Shown here one piece after another: positions 56,883 through 64,000 of a stretch of DNA of 64,000 nt. Positions within the stretch are counted from its first letter, which is position 1; each line of letters begins with the position of its first letter. This DNA is from an uncultured Planctomycetaceae bacterium (GTDB taxonomy: Bacteria > Planctomycetota > Planctomycetia > Planctomycetales > Planctomycetaceae): NCBI GenBank assembly GCA_963976765.1, contig CAXBME010000002.1, positions 124,001 to 188,000 on the forward strand. The letters are read 5' to 3'. Made by a program: the position numbers and the translations under genes. The notes under the pieces were generated by a model that made no database searches, was not told where the DNA came from, and saw nothing but the letters and a program-made list of their open reading frames with translations.

Positions 56883-57986
56883 GTGTCGGCATCGACTGGT
56901 CCAAGCCTCAAACAAGGCAAGACGTCTCGCAGGCGACGTCTCGTGTTTCGGCTGATTGCCGTTTCAGTTGCGTCAGCGTGTTCGTTAGCGATCGGCGAAC
57001 TCGTTGTGTTGCTCAGCGGCGTGAACAACGACTTTCGAATGACCAGTTCGTCCGAGATCATTCCTCGATCGGGCGGACCTTACGATTTGCTGCCGCACGG
57101 TTTCGTTCCTCACGCATCCATCCGATACACGTATGCAACGAATCCGCGAGGCTACTTCGACCAGCATGATAGCATCACTCACACATTCAATTCCGAAGGC
57201 TGGCGGGACTCTGAACGTGATATCGAGAAGCCCGTCAACGTCATCCGCATTCTCGGCCTGGGCGACAGCTACACGTTCGGCCAGGGAGTCAAACACGAGC
57301 ACCTCTTTCTGTCACTGTTGGGACCGCTGCTTGAAAGTCAGATAGCCGGAAAGCAGATCGAGACGATCAACACCGGGCAACCCGGATACAACACTTCGAT
57401 GCAGAAGCAACTGCTGGAAAGACGCGGATTAGATTATCGCCCAGACGTTGTACTGCTGTCTTTTGTGCCGAACGACGTTGAACCGGACATTTACACCGAC
57501 CGACCAAAGGTCGAATTCTTCACGGAGTTCACGACGTCGTACGCTCAGGGTGACTGGCTATCTCAGTATTCCGAATTGTGGATGCTGGCTCGGCGAAAAT
57601 ATCTGCAGCACAGAACTGCAGATTCCTACCTGAGGAAATCGATCAACAGCTACTTGAATGAACCTGAGAAATGGGATCGGTGCCGCGATGCTCTGGCGGG
57701 AATTCAAGACCTCTGCAAACAGAAAGACTGCAAACTTGCCATTACCATTTTCCCGTTCTTCGTGAACCTGAATGGCGAATACCCATTCGAGCCGATCCAC
57801 GATCACGTCCGCAGTTTCTGTAAGGAAACGCAGATTCCCGTGCTGGACCTGCGTGAAATTTTTCGCGATTTCGAAGGCCCCGAGTTGTGGGTTCACCCCA
57901 CAGATCAGCACCCCAACGAGCTGGCTCACCGTATCGCCGCTGGGGCGATCGCAAAGTTTCTCGTCGAGAAGCAACTCGTGCACTGA
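56883..57986 (+). CDS. Membrane-anchored SGNH/GDSL hydrolase
   Basis: N-terminal TM, NSEGWRD, LGDSYTFG, IN.G.PGY, PND and DQHPN. GTG 56883 has a GGAG SD; the ORF opens at 56730. Confidence 0.88.
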   Translation: MSASTGPSLKQGKTSRRRRLVFRLIAVSVASACSLAIGELVVLLSGVNNDFRMTSSSEIIPRSGGPYDLLPHGFVPHASIRYTYATNPRGYFDQHDSITHTFNSEGWRDSERDIEKPVNVIRILGLGDSYTFGQGVKHEHLFLSLLGPLLESQIAGKQIETINTGQPGYNTSMQKQLLERRGLDYRPDVVLLSFVPNDVEPDIYTDRPKVEFFTEFTTSYAQGDWLSQYSELWMLARRKYLQHRTADSYLRKSINSYLNEPEKWDRCRDALAGIQDLCKQKDCKLAITIFPFFVNLNGEYPFEPIHDHVRSFCKETQIPVLDLREIFRDFEGPELWVHPTDQHPNELAHRIAAGAIAKFLVEKQLVH

Positions 57987-57993
57987 AACAATT

Positions 57994-58347
57994 TCACGCG
58001 TCGAAGTTGATCATGTTGCCGCGGTGGTCGTCGAGGGGCTGGCCGATGACTGCCGGGCCGGATGTCGAATCAGCTGAGGTCTGTCCTTCGCCGGAATCAG
58101 GCTGAGGCTCTGATTCGTTCTGCTGGTGGTTGCCGCCGCTGGCTGTGAAGAAAGCATCGGCGTCGCGGTCATCGGAGCGCTCTGTTTCGCCGGCGCCGTT
58201 CAGGTTTTGTGTAAACGACGACCGATCAGCGGCTGTGGATCGGTCCGAGGAATCAGCACGTGCGGCATCGGTTCCTTTGGTGCTGTTCACATTGCCCGCG
58301 TACGGGTTGACGCCGGGTCCGAAACCGGCAGAGCCAATTCCACTCAT
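57994..58347 (-). CDS. Small disordered hypothetical protein with C-terminal GxxIN/DxxA motif
   Basis: GAGG SD; MSGIGS...SDDRDAD...DDHRGNMINFDA. Confidence 0.6.
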   Translation of the reverse strand: MSGIGSAGFGPGVNPYAGNVNSTKGTDAARADSSDRSTAADRSSFTQNLNGAGETERSDDRDADAFFTASGGNHQQNESEPQPDSGEGQTSADSTSGPAVIGQPLDDHRGNMINFDA

Positions 58348-58537
58348 CGCGACCTCACTTTCGACCAGTCCAGCCGCCACGCAGCAAGTTCAGGCTGGAC
58401 GGCAATGAATCCGTGTCTGCGGACGACTGTCGTCCGCAACTATGCTCGGCGGCTTGCGACTGCCGCAGCTCGGAGGTCGATCGAAGAGGCTGTTCTGAGA
58501 GCAAATCAACTCGACGTTCTAACAGTCTGTTGAACGC

Positions 58538-58613
58538 GTGCCACTGGCTTTACCAGTGCCAGCTACTATCGGAGGCTTCAACAGGTTTCACACTCCCAGA
58601 GCCAGTGGCACAC
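58538..58613. repeat. REP-doublet (REPIN-like) inverted repeat element, copy 2
   Basis: gtgccactggctttaccagtg - 32 nt - cactcccagagccagtggcacac. Confidence 0.75.
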
Positions 58614-59014
58614 GGCGGGATGATGAATCCTTCGTTTTCAACGGTTTGCTAACGTCGTCGAGTGGTGCGTCATCTTGAGCGATCTTTTTATTCTTCGGCA
58701 CCCGAGTTCTCCCCTGATCGCAAGAATCGTCCCCGGATTTCTCAGATTTCCGCGATTCGTCGGCTTCACTTTCGGTGTCGAACCGGCGTTTCCTGCGAGG
58801 TCTGATGGCTTGCGCAAGGAATCTGAACACCTTGGCGAACTCCACCATCCTGTCAAGCCGAAACCACCTGGAACAAATCCTGTTCACCCGGCTGAGTGCC
58901 CTGCCAATCGTTGTGATTCGCCGTTGGCAGGGGTAGACTGGCCGACTTGTTTTCCGCCGCTGAAATCGTGCGACCAATATGGACGATTTCGGCAGATTTT
59001 AACCGAGCATTGTA

Positions 59015-59548
59015 ATGAAACACGTTCTCTCAGCAGTTGTTGTCAATCAGCCGGGTGTCCTGGCTCATGTTTCGGGAATGATGGCCTCGCGTGCTTTCAA
59101 TATTGAAAGCCTTGCGGTCGGCGAAACCGAAAACCCGGAGTTCTCGCGGATCACGTTTGTCGTCAGTGGCGACGAAAAAGTACTTGATCAGGTCCGCAAG
59201 CAGCTCGAAAAGATTGTCACAATCGTCCGTGTGATCGATTTCTCCGGTAAGGAATTCGTCGAGCGTGACCTTATGCTGATGAAAGTTGCCGCGTCGGGCA
59301 AGAATCGCAGCGAAGTCAAAGAGCTGGTCGACGTGTTCCGCGGAAGCATTGTTGATGTCAGCCCTGGCCACGTGATGATTGAAATTTCCGGCCAGGAAAA
59401 GAAGCTGGAAGCGTTCATCGATCTGATGCGACCGTTCGACATCCTCGAGATGGTCCGGACTGGCAGAATCGCTCTGCTGCGTTCAAATGAGGAAAACGTC
59501 GACGTCGACGAGCGGGCTGCTTGTGAGGATCCAAGCGCCGCCTGCTGA
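59015..59548 (+). CDS. ilvN: Acetolactate synthase small (regulatory) subunit
   Basis: NQPGVL..VSG....RAFNIESLAVGETE, ERDLMLMKV and EMVRTG. Confidence 0.96.
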   Translation: MKHVLSAVVVNQPGVLAHVSGMMASRAFNIESLAVGETENPEFSRITFVVSGDEKVLDQVRKQLEKIVTIVRVIDFSGKEFVERDLMLMKVAASGKNRSEVKELVDVFRGSIVDVSPGHVMIEISGQEKKLEAFIDLMRPFDILEMVRTGRIALLRSNEENVDVDERAACEDPSAAC

Positions 59549-59722
59549 GCACTTGCTGTCGAGTGCAACTCCCGTTGAGTTTTAAGTGGAGCGGATTCTT
59601 CTCCGCTGACAACCACACAACCGTTAGCACGACGGTTACCGATTTCAGCAGGCAAGAAGCCTGCTCCGCGTTCCGGAATTCGGAGCGAGGTCTACTTAAA
59701 CAACGTCCGAAAGACCCAAGCC

Positions 59723-60727
<1,005 letters not shown>

Positions 60728-60851
60728 AGCATTTTCAGTGTTCTGCGGAAGAGCCGCTACGGAAACAACACTTATTCCGGACGCCAACTCCTATACAGAA
60801 ATCATGAAAATAGCCGAAGCCAGGTCTGAAAGCTGAAAGCGTAAATAAGAG

Positions 60852-60882
60852 AAGCTCGCCCCTGACCGGGGCGAGCTTTTTT
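60852..60882 (+). terminator. Intrinsic terminator after ilvC
   Basis: Stem aagctcgcccc / ggggcgagctt plus a T run. Confidence 0.85.
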
Positions 60883-61146
60883 CGTAGAGTCAGCGACAGC
60901 ATTACGGAACAGTCCTGTGACACCAGATGGCGAGAGCAGGCATCGACACCCGGCGAATCCCCACCACATCCGAAGGTTCGATTCGTCGCTTGAGCAGAAC
61001 GGGGATTAGCGCAAGCAATCAGCCCTGAAAGGCCGGACGCAACGTTCGCCTGTTGATTCTCACAGGCTGCCCTTGTTTGCCACAGTGCGTCGTTTCGGCA
61101 TGAAGCCCGCTCAAGCGGCCGCTGCACACCGAATTCTCTGTAGAGC

Positions 61147-61182
61147 AAAAGCAAAACCCCGACGGTCGTAAAACCGTCGGGG
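61147..61182 (-). terminator. Intrinsic terminator of rplM-rpsI
   Basis: Stem ccccgacgg / ccgtcgggg followed by TTTTGCTTTT on the minus strand. Confidence 0.8.
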
Positions 61183-61215
61183 CTTGTTTCAGCTTTAGCT
61201 TGTCGACGTCGCGAA

Positions 61216-61845
61216 TTAACGCTTCGAGAACTGGAAGCTTCGGCGAGCCTTGCGGCGACCGTACTTCTTCCGCTCGACCATTCGGTCGTCTCGTGTCAGG
61301 AATCCACCCGTAGCCAGCACGTGATGCAGTGAAGGATCTTTAACCTGCAGAGCACGCGCGACTCCCAGAACAACAGCTCCAGTCTGGCCGGTCGTCCCAC
61401 CACCGTTGACACGAACCCAGACGTTGACAGTATCTCTTGTCCCCGTCAGATCAAGAGCTTCCTGCACCATCTTGCGATCACGCTCAACACAGAAGAACTC
61501 ATCAAACGGCTTGCCGTTCACGGTGAATTCGCCATTGCCATCTTTAATGCGAACCCGGGCGACAGACGTCTTCCGACGACCAGTCCCCATCGCTACCCCA
61601 AATCGGTCAATCTTCCCTCGAACAACTGCCGGAGCTACCAGCTCTTCAGCTTCAGCAGGAGCACCATCACCCAGTGTCAACTCGGGCAGATCACTGCCAC
61701 CTTCCTCAGCATCAGCTTCCGCCACTGGCTCGTCTGCTGGAGCTTCCGGTGCAGATGCCTGCAACTCTTCTTCCGGTGTCGGTGTTACTTCCTCAGCTTT
61801 AACTTCGGGAGTGACGTCTTCTGAAGATGGGTTATCCGTGCTCAT
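61216..61845 (-). CDS. rpsI: 30S ribosomal protein S9 with acidic N-terminal extension
   Basis: GTGRRKTSVARV, GGG.TGQ.GA and LTRD.RMVERKKYG.RKARRSFQFSKR. ATG 61845 has an AGGA SD. Confidence 0.97.
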   Translation of the reverse strand: MSTDNPSSEDVTPEVKAEEVTPTPEEELQASAPEAPADEPVAEADAEEGGSDLPELTLGDGAPAEAEELVAPAVVRGKIDRFGVAMGTGRRKTSVARVRIKDGNGEFTVNGKPFDEFFCVERDRKMVQEALDLTGTRDTVNVWVRVNGGGTTGQTGAVVLGVARALQVKDPSLHHVLATGGFLTRDDRMVERKKYGRRKARRSFQFSKR

Positions 61846-62022
61846 CAATGATTCCTGCTCATCAGATTCTCGCCGTTTAAGTTTCCGGCTTGATGTGGGC
61901 TGTTGATTCTGAACGTTGACCGTTCCTGGATTTCGGCGGCCGGACATCAGCCGCTGCGATATTACTTTTCAAAGCCAACCTCAACGAATCGAGCCGGCTG
62001 ACTTTATCTGGAAAACTTACGA

Positions 62023-62514
62023 CTACGGTAGCAGATGCTCCGGAAACGGCTGCGGGTTCTGTGCCTGATGCTCATGCTCAGAGCCGCAGACCAGCCGAAG
62101 CTTTTCGATCATCCGGCGTGCCAGCTTGTTCTTCGGCAACATCCTTCGAACAGCTTCGTACAGAATCTTTTCCGGTTTCGTATCGAGCAACTTGGCTGCC
62201 GTTGTCACCTTACGACCACTTGGGTAGCCCGAGTAGGTTTCGTAGGTTCGCATTTCCATCTTCGAGGTATAGTAAGGGTGCGTAGGGTGACGGCCTTCTG
62301 CCCCGGAAAACCGGACTTTGTCAGCATTAAGCACAATGACGACATCACCACAATCGACGTGCGGCGTGTAGCTGGCCTTGTGCTTCCCCATCAGAACTGT
62401 CGCAATTTGCGTCGCAATTCGACCAACAATCATCCCGTCGGCATCGAGCACCAGCCAGTCTGGCGTAGTTTCCTGCTTCTTTGCCATCGAAGTTTTCTGA
62501 GTAATAGCCGGCAC
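62023..62514 (-). CDS. rplM: 50S ribosomal protein L13
   Basis: W.VLDA....GRIA, GKHK..YTPHVDCGD.VIVLNA, AVRRMLPKN and H.HQAQNP. Confidence 0.97.
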   Translation of the reverse strand: MPAITQKTSMAKKQETTPDWLVLDADGMIVGRIATQIATVLMGKHKASYTPHVDCGDVVIVLNADKVRFSGAEGRHPTHPYYTSKMEMRTYETYSGYPSGRKVTTAAKLLDTKPEKILYEAVRRMLPKNKLARRMIEKLRLVCGSEHEHQAQNPQPFPEHLLP

Positions 62515-62805
62515 GTTTCTCTACCTTAATCAGACGCAAATGTATCGTTCAGAAATGCTGCAACGAATCGTCGTAGCCTGTTTGACTGTAATCAGTTACG
62601 CAGAATCTTCGCAAAAGTTGCTGCGAAGGAACGCGGAAGGTTAGCGAGATCCCACTGGCGATTCAACCTGGCCAGTCAAAATAGCAGACAAGATGGTCTG
62701 TGATCGGAATCCCAGCCCTGCCGACTGCAACTTTCCGTGGACGGGAAGTTCGAATCGGCCTGCTGAATTCTTAAAAGAGCCGTTCAGAACTGCGTCAGAT
62801 CGCCT

Positions 62806-63807
62806 TCAATCGTCGCTGAGAATTTTCTGCCAGAGTTCCCGAATCTGCTTAAGCCGGCGTTCCACTGTTCGAGTCGTGATGTCGAGCTTGCCAGCGATCT
62901 CCTGGTGAGTGAACCCTTCAATTTTGAGAGCGGCGACTCGCTGAGCTGTTTCGTCAGGAAGCTCAGCCAGTAGTTTCCGAGTCTGGTCAGCCATGACGGC
63001 AGCGATGTCCGGAGACGGACTTCCTGAGGTCAGCCTGTCAAACCCGCCGGAAACAATGCCCTCGTTTTTTCGAGCCATGACTGCTGAATCGCCGCGTACG
63101 TCACCTCCACCGCGTTTCTGGCGATGATCCTTCTCGATGGCGGCAGCGGCTTTTCGAGTTGTAATGACCATGAGCAGCCGCCACAGCTTTTCACGTTGAT
63201 CCAGCTCAGGAAACCGTCCGGCAGAGATGCCAGCCAGCAGGCTTTTAAAAGCGATAACGGCGACGTCTTCCTCGTCCTGAACGCGGCGCGAAGCGTCTTT
63301 CAGGCTACGGCGAGCGACCTCGACAATTCTTTCTGAATATTTATCCCATAATGCCTGAGCGGCAGCTTCATCGCCCAAACGGACCTGTCTAATCAGGCCC
63401 GTCACATCGCTGGCATCACTCGATCCATCCGGGTCTTCACCCAGAATATGTGGGTCGCCGGTCGGTCGCCCCCCCGGATCGCGAAGCATGAACTGCAGAA
63501 TCGGCCCTCGCTTGCCCAGTCGCACGACCGTGCCGGGTTCGACGAACAGGGTGTCGATCTTGTCGCCATTCGCGTACGTGCCATTAACGCCGAGGTTGTA
63601 GTACTCCCAGCACTGTCCGTCATGCAGCAGAACGGCGTGGCAGCGGGAAATCTTTCCCCCCTGATCCTTGATGGTCACGTCGGACTCTGAAGACCGCCCA
63701 ATCGAGACCGTGTCGGGCGGACGGAATTCCTGCTGAAAAACTACATCCCCTTCGCTGGAGACGACTGTAATTTTCAGACGCTGCATTGACGAAGCCTTAC
63801 CGGGCAT
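62806..63807 (-). CDS. FHA domain fused to planctomycete-type ECF sigma factor
   Basis: FHA motifs IGRSSESD, ISRCHA, NGTY.NG; ECF motifs GDEAAAQALW..Y, DEEDV, LWRLL..IT.RK, EGFTHQEIA..L....RTVERRL..IR..W. Confidence 0.88.
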   Translation of the reverse strand: MPGKASSMQRLKITVVSSEGDVVFQQEFRPPDTVSIGRSSESDVTIKDQGGKISRCHAVLLHDGQCWEYYNLGVNGTYANGDKIDTLFVEPGTVVRLGKRGPILQFMLRDPGGRPTGDPHILGEDPDGSSDASDVTGLIRQVRLGDEAAAQALWDKYSERIVEVARRSLKDASRRVQDEEDVAVIAFKSLLAGISAGRFPELDQREKLWRLLMVITTRKAAAAIEKDHRQKRGGGDVRGDSAVMARKNEGIVSGGFDRLTSGSPSPDIAAVMADQTRKLLAELPDETAQRVAALKIEGFTHQEIAGKLDITTRTVERRLKQIRELWQKILSDD

Positions 63808-64000
63808 TCGGGCCGTCCCATTGATTAACTCGGAGGATGTGAAGGCGATGAGGTCTGAACGGGTGTTTTCCGTGGAGCATAGAACTGAGGTCAGAGGTTG
63901 CTACCGTCGCAACGTGTCTCGAAACCGTATCCATAACACTGAGAACAGCCCGGAAGAATCCACAGAAAGCGACAGTGGCCCGAATGTCGCGAGGCGAAAC

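Noticed and set aside
60890..61140. Possible tRNA/ncRNA or degenerate REP between ilvC and rpsI (contains ggttcgattc and agccctgaaagg)
   Set aside because: I could not build a cloverleaf or a convincing inverted partner. An Infernal/tRNAscan search would be needed.

Overview
Bacterial chromosomal DNA that reads as a planctomycete (Planctomycetaceae-like): it has an ExxExRxLLS leader peptide, planctomycete-style BON, ECF-sigma and hypothetical genes, and moderately high GC. Most of the region from 19.7 to 64 kb is core or housekeeping: tsaD, PIG-L deacetylase, two S41 proteases, clpX, a BatA/VWA protein, an ECF sigma/anti-sigma pair, glgX, an AlkD-like protein, a Gfo/Idh/MocA oxidoreductase, ferredoxin, a SNF2 helicase, a GT4 enzyme, actP, xerC, ilvN-ilvC and rplM-rpsI. 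The first ~19 kb is the interesting part. (i) An envelope locus places a MamK-like actin and a two-TM partner beside a CpaC/RcpA-type secretin operon that carries repeated CsrA-type sites, with a TolC-motif helical protein and a Cys-rich secreted protein nearby and no recognisable magnetosome genes. (ii) An apparent polymorphic toxin-immunity pair: a 1406-aa protein with a planctomycete export leader, long 11-residue-periodic helical arms, a compositionally foreign central beta-like insert and an AT-richer C-terminal HNH-type nuclease, followed by a DUF2019-like immunity gene. (iii) A triple-BON protein is divergent from a secreted prion-like Q/Y/G/P-rich protein. Also seen are Rieske-PSP1 and FHA-ECF sigma fusions and two copies of a REP-doublet element with 32-nt spacers. 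I found no rRNA, tRNA, CRISPR array or transposase. All family assignments come from motif recognition by eye, not from database searches.
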